Below are positions 26,241-39,236 of a DNA stretch of 64,000 nt, piece after piece. Under the pieces are notes generated by a model. That model did not search any database, was not told the origin of the DNA, and saw only the letters and a program-made list of their open reading frames with translations. Position numbers and translations under genes: made by a program. Numbering within the stretch: position 1 is the first letter of the stretch; the number at the start of each line of letters is the position of its first letter. Where the stretch lies: positions 16,554,001 to 16,618,000 of the forward strand of contig NC_043008.1 of NCBI RefSeq assembly GCF_006345805.1, given 5' to 3'. This DNA comes from Octopus sinensis (taxonomy: Eukaryota).

Positions 26241-26495
26241 GCGTGTCATTCTATATAGTTAGAGACATGGGGGAGAAAGAGATGTGTAAGTAACTTACCG
26301 AATACCCGCCTAGGTGTTCCACAGAACATGGTAAGATAGCTGTAGTACCAGCCACGTAGGTCACGTTCATTACAGGCAGGTGGAAGATGGGCTCTGAAAG
26401 TAAAAAAAAAAGAATTCATATTTATTATGCAGAAATAAACTAATAGGTACAAACACACATAAACCCACCTTATCTCTCTCTATAATATATGTATG

Positions 26496-26572
<77 letters not shown>

Positions 26573-28255
26573 TACATATATACATATATACATATATATA
26601 CATACGTACACTCGCACAGACAGACAAACACGCACACACATATATTATATGCTTGTGAATTAAGGCTATTATTGATCTCATGTTAAGGAAAGTATGAAAT
26701 TATCCAAGTGTCTTAACAATTTTCAAGCCAATCACATGGAAAATGTTGTTCGCCTCCATTTTGGTAAACAATCTTACTTTGTTCACCTGATTTCTCGTAA
26801 ATTCGCGTAAATAACTCAATGAAACAATGAATTAAGGAGCATTTCCCCCGAGTGGCATCTTTAGGATATTTGTCTCCCTTGGATTCGTCCCTTCATTCAT
26901 TGATTCATTGCTTTATTTACACGAATTTAGAATAAATCTTGTGAAAGAAGCGAGAATGTTTTCCAAAATGGAGACGAACAACTTTCTTCATGTGATCGGC
27001 TTGAAAATTTGTTACGATACTAGAAAATTTTCCTACTTCCCTCACATGAAACCAATGGAAGCCTTTATTTACAAACAAATAAATTATAATCCACCAATGC
27101 GGTGTTGAGCACTCATTTCATCGTTACACATTTGTATATATATAATTCTAGAGTTTTATATCCAGGCGGATACCGTGATAACCAGGTTACCATAAAAATA
27201 TGCTGTATGACTTCGTAAAAAATAAATGGAATGTACTTCTTTCCATATATCGTTATAGTTATTGCTTGTGTTTGTCATTATTCATTTTTATGTATACATT
27301 TATTTTATATATCCCTGCATGTATTTATGTTCGCACGTGCTTACGTACGTATGTAAGTATGTATGCGTGTATGCATGAGTATATAATCAAAAGTGTGTGC
27401 GGGAGATTATGAATTGGAGAGAGATATTGTTTCCTTAGTGATTATTATTTTGAATTCTCACACTCCTTAAAACGAGTGTGCCGCTATAATCCCCTGATAT
27501 CAAATCAAAACATGCTGTGTGTTTGCCATAACTTGTTTAAGGATCATCAATTCGTTATTACTTTGGGAGTCTACGTCGAACTAGCAAACAACTCCACTGA
27601 AAAAACTTTTTGTATCCACTATTCACAAAACTATGCAGCTCTTTATTTCATTCAAATGTAAGAAAATCATTCGAAAATATCGTTATTATCCTTGCGATGC
27701 TCTATGTCTCGTTTAATGTATAATTAAACGGTATCTACAATTATTAAAACGATATCTTTCACCGATACTGACAAACTTCACTTTATCAACAACTACAAGC
27801 CATAGAGCGCAAATGATATCAATCCATTCGGGTAGTGTAGTTTTAATAATATTTCAAACTACTGAAACATTCCATCATAGTACACTAATATAATATTTTT
27901 AAAACAAATATCACATTAGACTGCTTCTCTCATTTGCTCTGCTGCACTATACATTGCGCAACATTTAGGTACCATTAGTTAATCTCAAGTAAACCATCTC
28001 TTTCTCTCAAATTGAACGTTATAATCTGTAACTATTTTCGCCCTTAAAGATTGGCCATTAGAAGGTAAATATGATTGTAAAGAACTGCTTTACTGAGTAA
28101 CTAACTTCAATCGAAATCAGATACACTTTTAAATACCAACCTTTAGGAATTTAGGTGTAAACTGCGAATTTACAAATTTTCCCAACCAAAGTTTAAGGGA
28201 GAGAAGGGTTAAGGGTTAGTTTCAAGGCAATGCTGGTTATTTCCATTTTATGCAG

Positions 28256-28419
28256 ATAACCTTCCTGAGACCGACCTTGGTTCTCATAATAGAATCTTGT
28301 TTAAAGCGATGCTAATTAAACTCTTCCATCAAATATCCATGTTAATATCAGTTCCGAAACATCAACTTCAGAAAGAGAGAGATGTGTTACTGCATTTTCC
28401 ATTGTAACAAAAGGGTTAA
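28256..28419. mobile_element. possible decayed MITE with an AAGGGTTAA end (piggyBac-like terminus)
   Basis: Right end AAAAGGGTTAA; left end degenerate (ATAACCTT). Assignment is from memory of a cephalopod repeat and not verified. Confidence 0.25.
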
Positions 28420-30249
28420 AGTGGTAAAATTTTGATTGGCACTTAAAATGGAATATATTATGACTAAGTTAATCTAACACAACTATTCGAAGACGCTGCT
28501 TGTTTGCTCTCCTATAAACGGTGTTATTCACTGCTAGTGTCATGATGCCAATACAGTAAAATTTAAAAGTTTAGAATACCTCAAAGCAGACATTTATTTG
28601 GAGAAGTAAATAGAATAATGTCAAACAGAGTCAGCTGCCCCGTTTTACCTTTACATAAAAATTAAGTTTATTTTCTGAACGATAGAGACTTTGTTTTCCA
28701 TAATAATATAAATTTTATTCAAATCCCCAATCACATATAACATTTCTATGTGCAATCATTGTCACAACGTCTTTTAATGTTCCACAGCTTATATCATTTT
28801 ATTACATTCATTTTATTGACTATAATTTGACATTTCATTTTGTTTTTTAACCCGTTTCTTTGTACGCGTATTATTTTTGTCGCATTTCATTCGCTCTTTT
28901 AAACATTTTATATCTCGATCACTTAAGATTTAATATCATAATGTTACATAAATTACAGGGATATTCCGCAGTAGCATCTCCGCTTTGAAGCAAATCTGAT
29001 GTTTCTTTCAACCATTGCAATATTTGCACTGTCATTGAAAGAAAATATTAAACCACATTTTATAGCACTATTGCATATATCTAAACTTTTTACGCAATAT
29101 CTTTTATGCTATCGATAATTCTTTTCATTATCTTTAATCAGAGTTTGAAATAAAGCTATATGTTTCCATAAAGAGCTAATGAAAGCACAAAGAAGATACT
29201 CTTTTCTAAATTCCCTCTTTTCCAATTGTTTCAAATCTAAGTTATATTATTTTACTTGATATAATTCTAACTGTTCTGTTATATTACTCGTGTCTCTTAA
29301 AACCACAGAACACATAATTAGCTGTCATTAGAACCGCATAATACAGATATTAAACATGATTGAACAACCACTTCCAATCAAAATATTCTATTAAGAACTC
29401 AGAGAATAATATTTTCATGATTCTTGAATCATTTGCAACTTACATCCGTTTACTTATGTCCTTATTCAGGTAAAATTCACGATTGAAACTATTTCCTTCT
29501 GTCCCCACCAAGCATTCACAGATATATCATAACATCTATTCGCTGACAATTATATAGAAAAACATTTCATCATTAAAATATTCTAATATTTAGACAATTA
29601 TGTTTCATTAAATAATTTATTTCATTAGGACCAAAGCGATAAAAAGTGTTGCTTCACAATGTTCAATATTTACACATTGAAACACACCCGAATTGTTTCC
29701 ATTTTCCCAAACCTCATTGATTTTTTTACCGCATAGTGTTTCATTAAAGATATATCATGATACTTCTCTGCAGTACATGGTTTACCCTCTCGTATTCCGT
29801 TTCTTTCCTTTTACTTACCGATTCTTCCATTCATTCATTAGTAACTAAGTTCCAACACTACAATTCAATTCTGCCGTATATATTGGCAATATTACTTTTT
29901 AAAATCACCATAAACTCTGAAAGACAACACGCGAAACCATCATTTCTTCATTCACAAAAATAATTTCATTTTCTCTCATAAGTAGACTAAGATATGGATT
30001 CAGAGAATCGTCTTGCTATTGCAGTAAGCTTATTCTATGGACTCAGCTATCAGTGCACATATGTAACTAAGTATTATGAAAAGACACCATGCACCTGAAA
30101 ATCCAGCAATATGAGCGATAACATTATTTTGTGTGGAGTATATAAAAACATAAAGTCAGATGGTATGAGGCGAAAGTTGCCAAATAAATATATACTTACC
30201 TCTCATACTTCCTGACTTTGTGTATGCGTATCTTTGTCTACATGTGTAT

Positions 30250-30251
30250 TT

Positions 30252-30307
<56 letters not shown>

Positions 30308-30406
30308 TATATTATATATATATGTATATAATATATATATATACATATATATACACATGTATACACGTATACCCATAATCAAATATATATTCATATAAAT
30401 GTATAT

Positions 30407-30465
<59 letters not shown>

Positions 30466-30535
30466 TATAATATATATATATATGTGTATGTGTGTGTGTG
30501 TGTAAGCGCTCGCGTGTATGTGTGGGTAAGTATAC

Positions 30536-30598
<63 letters not shown>

Positions 30599-30655
30599 CA
30601 TACACACACGCACACACACAGACACACCACACATATATATATATATATATATGGA
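30250..30655. repeat. compound (TA)n/(TG)n/(CA)n microsatellite
   Basis: Directly visible. Confidence 0.95.
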
Positions 30656-31539
30656 GAGAGACACGTATAGTTTACTCTTTTTCTTCACTAAACTTAATGT
30701 AGGTTATTAACTCGATACCATATTTCAATCTTCATATTTGATAGGTTTATTATAACATTAGAAGTCGATAGAAATTTATGTCAAAAGATTGCAATAGATT
30801 AAAGTAGTAAAATGAATAATTGGGAATATATCTTACGAGAGGTTTGAAGAAAAATACACTGTCACATATTTACCAATAAATACACAAAGATATACACGCA
30901 ACCATATACACATATACTTACAAAGTTAGATAAAGAAACGCACTTAGAAAACAGACGTATAGCCAGGCATGATAGTTTTTTTTTTATATAGTAATACATA
31001 AAATCATCTCCGTATATTCATGAAAGTAGAATTTTTTTTTGCATAATATAATTGTGTTAATTATACAGGCTATGAAAGATTGGCGTAACAGCAGACATTT
31101 TCCAAATATCGAGCTATTTGTTTTCCGGTTTCAAATCCCTGTTAGACAGTGTCTCGAAATTTATTCCCCTAAAAAAGACAATTCAGAAGGTTTCGTTAAA
31201 CGTTTCCAGCTGCATATGCACCTAATTTATCGCTACAATATCTTTTATCTTACGCTTGTTTCACGCCGTCTTGGCATCCATATTGGATAGACATCTTTAA
31301 GTGTTTCAGTAGAACAAATCTACTCCAGCACTTACATTGTTTATTTTAGGGTCTTGCACATGTATGGATGTCTTTTTTCTTCCGAATGGTAAGTTTGCGG
31401 GGTCATAAACAAACCAACACCTTTTTTGAAGCGGTGGGAGTGATAAAACGCGCGCACACACACATATATATATATATATATATACATGTCTTTGTGTGTA
31501 TATATATATACATGTGTGTATATATGCTCATGTATATAT

Positions 31540-31660
31540 ATACACATGACGGCTCCCACACTAATTTGATTTGTCCAATTGATTCACAAGGCATTGAGAG
31601 ACAATAGTTGAAGACACTTATCCCAAATACTTGTACAGCCGAAACCACGTGTTCGCAAAG
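31540..31660 (-). mobile_element. SINE family B head relic
   Basis: TTCACAAGGC...TAGTTGAAGACACTT...CCGAAACCACGTG in family-B order. Confidence 0.4.
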
Positions 31661-32130
31661 ACAGATTATACACAAGTATCTCAACTAGTAGCAATTTCAG
31701 TTAATTTTAATTTTCAATAGGTACAATATCAAACAACGCTGCCCCTCGGCGTATTAAAAAAAATTATGATTTATCTGATAAAATAGAAACGGTTATGTTT
31801 TCATGCCTTTCCATAAGAATTGATAATGTTAAGTTTATAAAATATCCATCAGACATATTTGAAAATAATAGAAAAATCTACACTCTGGAAGAGAGAGAGA
31901 GAGAGGGAGTACACGTCAATACATCAGTTGTTTTAGAAAGCAATGCTTCATTGATTTATTTCAGCAGCGGAATGATAGACATTTGTAACAAAATATTGAG
32001 TAATCTCAAAGAAAATGAACTGTGGTTATCTTATCCATCAAGAAGAAGAAAGGTTGATCCATAATTCCCTCACAGAGATTTTGATCCTACAAAGTAGATA
32101 AATCGAACTCTATAACATATATAGATCTGT

Positions 32131-32210
<80 letters not shown>

Positions 32211-32853
32211 CTTATATATATATATAATACTTATATCTGTAACACAGATAATATAATCGGTATTAATGCATTATGTAATGCACATGTGTTTCAAAAGGCT
32301 AGAGTACATCTCTTAAGTGACCATAGAAATGAGTTACGTTTACAAATGCCACTGGTTTATTTTCTAGGCATTACTCGGCAGAAGTGAGAGAAGTACACGA
32401 AGAAACGTGAAGTGATTTTGTTTTTTGTTTTTTTATACAGTACTGTACAAATAAGTATGGGTTGGTTTATCAAAACAAAAGGATAAGAAAATTTGAGAAA
32501 TGAGAGTGGTACAGTAGAGAAACGAAAACGATGCCACCACCATTCTCTTTCTTACTGTCTCACTTATTCTCTTTCTCTCTCTCAATCCTCCTCTCTCCCC
32601 TGTCTCTCTGGTCCCTCCCCCTCTCTCTCTGCCTGGTTCCATAACGTCTACATATGTATACACTCATGCAAACATATATATATATATATATATATATATA
32701 CATGCCCCTATACGCACAAACATGTGTGCATATCACAACTCATACACATATTCTCACACACAAACGCACAGATGTATATGTATATGGAATTTACAAAAAA
32801 GGACAAGACAAACAAGTATTTTAGTTTATCGCTCTTGGGTAGGTGAGAAAGTA

Positions 32854-32888
32854 TTTTACGTTTCGAGCCTATGCTCTTCAACAGAAAG
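32854..32888 (-). ncRNA. minimal hammerhead-like motif (Penelope-type), A6 substituted
   Basis: Minus strand CUUU-CUGUUGA-A-GAGC-AUAG-GCUC-GAAAC-GUA-AAA; flanks homologous to the 48.4-48.6 kb copy. Confidence 0.5.
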
Positions 32889-33094
32889 GAATTCAAGAAA
32901 ATAAACGGAGAGAGAGAGAGAGAATAAAAGGAAAGCTTCGGCAGCTAGCGGTCAATCATGGTGACGGCCGGACGGATGTGGTCACAGAAAAGAGATAGGA
33001 AGGAGGGTAGATATTAAAAAAAATTATACATATTGATATACATGTATATATAGATTTACACTCCCACATTTACGTATATACATATGTACACAGC

Positions 33095-33295
<201 letters not shown>

Positions 33296-33729
33296 AACTG
33301 GGAGAGAGTGTCAAAGAATGTGTATCTGCATTACAGAAGCAATGCACTTGAAATTATCATTGTTTTAATTGTCCGTAGAAATCTTAGCGCTGATCACCAA
33401 AACTGTAAAACACTGTATTAGAGCAGTGATCTCTACATAACAACGTATCGTGTCACTGCTTAAACTACCATCTTTTATAGGTTTCGTTAGGAAACAACTA
33501 TAATTCCATGTGTAGTGGGGAAAATGCTATTCGTTTTGTTAGTTCCAACCATGGTTAATAACAGAGCTGTCTGATAACATTGGTTTCTGAAATTAGTATA
33601 AGAGCAAAAACGATATATAATCTATATTCCGAGCAGAAGATATTTTTAATTAGTGGACGTAAATAATTGATTTTGGAAAAGTATGATCGTCATTAATCTA
33701 ATACTTTTCATTTAGTAGCTTTGATATAT

Positions 33730-33928
33730 AAGCGTGCGTATATATATATATATATATATATATATTTAGGCTTGTATGTATGTGTGTGTAAATATATATA
33801 TATATATAATATTATATATTTAGGCTTGTACGTATGTGTGTGTACATAATATATATATATAATATATATATATATATATAGCCATATATATACATACGTA
33901 TACATACATACATATATGTATATATATA

Positions 33929-33992
<64 letters not shown>

Positions 33993-33995
33993 ATG
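33730..33995. repeat. (TA)n array containing a duplicated TTTAGGCTTGTA(T/C)GTATGTGTGTGTA unit
   Basis: The unit occurs twice about 70 bp apart. Confidence 0.9.
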
Positions 33996-34566
33996 TATAT
34001 GTTTGTGTGCTTGTCTGTGGGTAGGTGTGTGCTTAATAATACATCCACAATCGGTTTAGACTACAATTCATTTATTCCATCATATGAAGTACTTCTGAAG
34101 GAGTTATCCTTTCCTTCATTTTGTAGGTAATAGACCACAAACGAATGCTATTATTGAAAGGGGGCTGCCCTCTATTAATCCATTTGAGCATAAACTATGT
34201 TGTCTGTATACTGAATCTAGTAAATATTTTTCTTGGTGGCATCGTTATAGGATCTCTGAAATCTTACTTAAAAGCAGGTTCTATTTTGCCTCTACCGTGT
34301 TTGATGGCATAAAAGACGCACAAACATATTAGCAGCTCTTCAATATCAGCAGAGCATATTCAAGGATAAAATTAGTGCATGGGAGGTCCAACTTTATATC
34401 TGGTATCGGAGACAGTTTTGGGGATATAATTTGGAAAAACAGCATGGTGTAAGCTATCGAATATAGTAATTCATCAGCTAGAGTGATGTGTATTCAATTC
34501 CTTATTGTTTTCATATTTCAGACTTCATCTTTTTGAGTAACTTGTCTTTCTGCTCTGCACTATAAC

Positions 34567-34843
34567 GGCTCATGGGCCCGGTTTCCCGGTTTCTGTGGCT
34601 TATGTGTTCCCCCGGCTGGACGGGACGCCAGTCCATCACAGTGTTACGCAAGAAACAGGAAGAAAGAGTGAGAGAAAGTTGGGGCGAAAGAGTACAGCAG
34701 GTGTCACCACCACCGCCTGCCGGAGCCTTGTGGAGCTGTAGGTGTTTTCGCTCAATAAACACACACAACGCCCGGTCTGGGAATCGCAACCGCGATCCTC
34801 CGACCGCGAGTCCGCAGCCCTAACCACCGGGCAATTGTGCCTC
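34567..34843 (-). mobile_element. SINE family C, tail type 3
   Basis: Head and body match 7472-7660; the tail instead reads GTGATGGACTGGCGTCCCGTCCAG...AGAAACCGGGAAACCGGGCCCATGAGCC. Confidence 0.85.
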
Positions 34844-35567
34844 AACGTCGTTCTTTCTAGTAAAACAGAAATGTAAAACGAAACAGTTTATAATTTGGTA
34901 AACTGATTAGTGACATAACACTTTCGAAATCGCAGCATTGACAATAGTTACGGCGGCATCAAATGAACTACCGATAACTAAGCTTAAAGACGAGCCATCG
35001 TTTGGCGACATTGGTTAAAACTTGTAGTGTGTCTTTCACGCAATAATTTAATAGCTTTAATGAAAATATCCTATGTATATCCATGCCTATAGACCTGAGG
35101 CAGACTGCATAATACTGGTGATAATGTGTTAACACCAGAGGTCAATAATAGATATTACCCACCTACACACCTGATATTCATTGAGTACTAATAAATTGTG
35201 TGCTTATTACTGAAGCATCACGATATATTAGATTGTAAAAATGGAAATAACAAGATAATGTCATTGTGAAAAAGCTGAAAAGAATATAGTATTCAGGATA
35301 ATTGTATCGTTTCTTTAGATGGCTAATACTCCACGACAATCTGATCAATAACTTAATTAGTAAGAGACGACACTTTATTAAATACAATTATTGATAGATG
35401 GCGTCACATTTGTTGAGCTGTTGAATGATACATCAAAAATGAGAGGTGGTATTGGATATGAAAAATGCACAACACATATTTCTCACTGACAATTCCATGC
35501 CTTTGTACAATCACACACAAACACACACATACACATATAAATGTATGTGTGTATAAATATATTATGA

Positions 35568-35604
<37 letters not shown>

Positions 35605-35797
35605 ATGTGTGTGTATGTATATATATATATGTATACATGTATATATTTAAATATATTATATTATATATATATATACATACATACATTATATTTATTCATG
35701 TAACTGTCTCTCACTCTGTTTTTTTCTTTATATATGTATATGTATTTACACACATACATATATGTATGCATGTAACTCTCTCTGCTTTTCTCTTGAT

Positions 35798-35862
<65 letters not shown>

Positions 35863-37320
35863 GTATTGTTGTGTGTGTGTGTGTATATATGTATTTCAAT
35901 ACAAATATATTCATGTTTATATTTACATATGGATTCTTATTCATATTTGTAAAGAAGATAGACATACACAAATTCACAGGCAATGATACACAATGCATAC
36001 ACATATTCATATAAACCGTTACAATACGTGCTCATCATAAATATATAACGTAATTCAGGAGAACAGTTGTCTACACTTGGATGCATTTATAATGCCAGAA
36101 CACTGATTATAATTCGAATTGAAATCATTGCATGTTATTCTTGATAGACTCTATTAGTCTGGATCCTAACTAAAATTGATTTCATCGAAACTAAATGGTA
36201 AAGATGTAATGAAAAATAAATCAAATATGAAAGTAATATTATTAACTGTCGACATTGCGTCAAAAATGCTTCCTAGTTTTATTGCATAAGGCACTGCAAA
36301 CATTTATTTCAAAATCACTGATTATTATTATAATGATGGATTACAATTAATAGCAAGCAGGAGAAAAAGAAAATTAGAAATAAATTTTAATACTAATACA
36401 AGTGTTTCGTTTATTGGTCAACTGTATTTCAGTGTTTATTCCGATGTTTATTTTATATTATGGTTGCATGAAATAAGAATAATATTCAATTAGCTTCTGT
36501 TAAACAGCTTGTGCAATATTCCCATCATGCTGCAAATTGCATTTTATTACAGTGAAATGAGCAATTAAAGTATTCTTTCGATGACGTTACAATCTTTACG
36601 ACATGAGAAAACATATAGTAATATGGACAACAGTATTTTCAGTTGGATTAACTCATTCTGTCATTTGATGAAATGATCTTTGTATACAAAAAGAGTAAGT
36701 GACGCCACATGCGTAATGATTTGGAAAAAATCTTCCTAAAACAATAATTCAAAGATGCATTTCCTAATTCCTATTTACATGACTGATTATATGGTTCAAT
36801 ATATACACGCATATCTGCCTACCTATGTATATACCTATCTACCTAGTCCCCCAGCTACCTTCCTGCTAATATATATGTATATACATACATATATGTGTGT
36901 TTGTGTATAATATGTGTGTGAGTGTGTACTAGGGGCACCCAAAAGTAACTGAGACAAGCCCGTTGTAACTCCGGCTTCTGCCGCTATCACACTCTGAAAT
37001 TTACCAGTCGCATATCTTGAAGGTGAATTCTGTTTATTTGACAGTCTTGAGACTTTGCTGTAGGTAAGGCAAGAGGTATGGAGAGACGTTGAAGAGGTTA
37101 CATGATGTGTGACGAAATATTTAAAACAAAGGACAAATAAATAAGAACAATAAAAATGCTGAAGTGAAGAACAAATATAAGCATGTGCTTATTTTCCCAC
37201 CCTGACAAAAAAATATGTCCGCCTCTAAGTATATCAATATCAAACAATTATTAAAATGAATGTATATGTAAAACGTTAGATTAGTCAATAGACATAGAGT
37301 GGATATACACGTATACACTG

Positions 37321-37389
<69 letters not shown>

Positions 37390-37532
37390 TATATATATAC
37401 ATATGTATATTGTGTGTGTGTCTACGCATACATCATATATTACGATATATTCTATGTAACGTTATCATTTTGCATCTGGCGTTTATTAACCACATTTTAC
37501 TACTGAGTTGGACATCAAGTGGAACACTATAA

Positions 37533-37564
<32 letters not shown>

Positions 37565-38129
37565 TTGGATGAGAGAAATACAGACCCTCTGTTAATGGCA
37601 CTAAAATGTGCAAATTATGTAATACTGAAAGAGTCTATTTTTTTTATCACACATAACCGAATTTGTGAATTGGCCAAACACCTGATCAGTATTCTGTAAA
37701 AATGCCACTATTTCTATGAGTAATTAAATTGTTAAGCAGACTAATATTGAGTAACAGAGTACCTCCATACATTTTCATCTATTTTATTCATTCTTTTTAA
37801 CTGCAAACATATTTTCATCACAATATCGAAAACAATGTCTTCACATAACAAAATCTGTAAATTACCAAAATATCAGATGTGAATTCTATAGACGCCACTG
37901 TGTTGAATAATTAATTTGGTAAGGAAACAAAGAGTAAACGATCACAGAGTTCTTATATATCTCTTTAGGTAAGTCATTTATTTGTTTGTTAATTTAATGT
38001 AATTTTGCTCCACTATTTCATACAATCCAGTAGACATGGTTTCTTTTCGTTTATTTATTCCACAGTAGTTTACCTGCCAGATGTTCCTTCCCAAACCATG
38101 TACTGTTTCTAGTTTCCACATAACATGTT

Positions 38130-38300
38130 TCCACCCTGAGATGGAAGCATAGATGTTAGTCTTGTGGAACCCACTTCATGGTGATGTCAGACGAGGGAAA
38201 CGTCGTTACACACCGACAACTTCTTTGTAGACATTAGTCAGGACTTCGAGGCAGTGATGACTGACCAAGAAGGGTGGCGGGTTGACTGTTGTTGTAGGCC
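38130..38300 (+). mobile_element. decayed RTE-type LINE 3' fragment (frameshifted, with stops)
   Basis: Translates HPEMEA*MLVLWNPLHGDVRRGKRR, then in another frame FEAVMTDQEGWRV; same RTE C-terminal pattern as 15.1 kb but a different sequence. Confidence 0.55.
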
Positions 38301-38413
38301 GTGTAAGAATCAGATCATAACAATCATAATTTATATAGACAGAGACGGATAGATAAATAATTATGCACTCTATCACACAAATACACACATACACACACAC
38401 ACACGCACATATG

Positions 38414-38628
38414 AAGGTGCATGGCCTAGATGATGGGTTCGATTACCAGATCGAAAGCGGCTTTATGTTCTTGAGCAAAACATTTCACTTCATGTTGTTC
38501 CAATCCAGCTCTAAATGGATGACCCTGAGATGGATTTGCCTCTCAACCAAGAGGAGTGCTGGCCAGCTCACCTAGCCAGCAAAGTGACATCCTTTGTAAC
38601 ATTGCGAAGCGTATAGTGACCGGCGATA
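38414..38628 (+). mobile_element. old tRNA-derived SINE with a different head, sharing modules with family C tails 2 and 3
   Basis: GGTGCATGGCCTAG...GGTTCGATTACC head; CTGAGATGGATTTGCCTCTCAACCAAG resembles the 34.6 kb tail motif; TAGCCAGC...TTGCGAAGCGTATAGTGACCGGCGAT resembles tail 2. Confidence 0.55.
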
Positions 38629-38693
38629 TCATGATATATATAATATAATATATATATATATTATATATATATATATATATGGTTGATACCATG

Positions 38694-38745
<52 letters not shown>

Positions 38746-39187
38746 CATATATATATATACATATATATATATACATATGCATATATATACATATATATAT
38801 ATATACATATATATTTTTATTTATATATTCAATCTATTTATTTTTCTTAATTTTACGCTTGTGTATATATTAATTATCCATATTAGTTTTGTTTATATTT
38901 TCTCTTTTCTAATCAAGCGAATGAATACTCGATCCTCTTGTGAATAGAAAGAACAGTTACAAAACTGCCTAGACATAATTACATAACGGTTTCTTAAATT
39001 GGAACAATGTACATTGTATTGTCTTGTTAAGAGAACTGTCAAACAAAGATTTACACACTCCCATTTTCACACATACACGTACGCATAAATATATTCATAA
39101 ATGTTTGTGTACGTGTGAAGGCCAACAGGTTTCTGACTAGTGATGTATGATATATGATATATGATATATATGATATATATGCAATAT

Positions 39188-39236
<49 letters not shown>

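Noticed and set aside
29810-29925. Minus-strand acceptor (GTCTTTCAG) and perfect donor (CG/GTAAGT) pair
   Set aside because: All three frames between them contain stops; a non-coding exon cannot be supported without RNA data.
34320-34470. Peptide LQYQQSIFKDKISAWEVQLYIW, loosely like hAT transposases
   Set aside because: Similarity is short and from memory; neighbouring frames give no supporting motifs. Needs BLASTX.
36927-36955. Mariner-like terminus TACTAGGGGCACCCAAAAGTAAC
   Set aside because: No partner inverted repeat or transposase relic found.
37085-37122. UUGAAGA-G-GUUAC…GUGAC-GAAA-UAUU hammerhead-like string
   Set aside because: C3 is altered and stem I cannot form; at best a very old relic of the 9.9 kb type.
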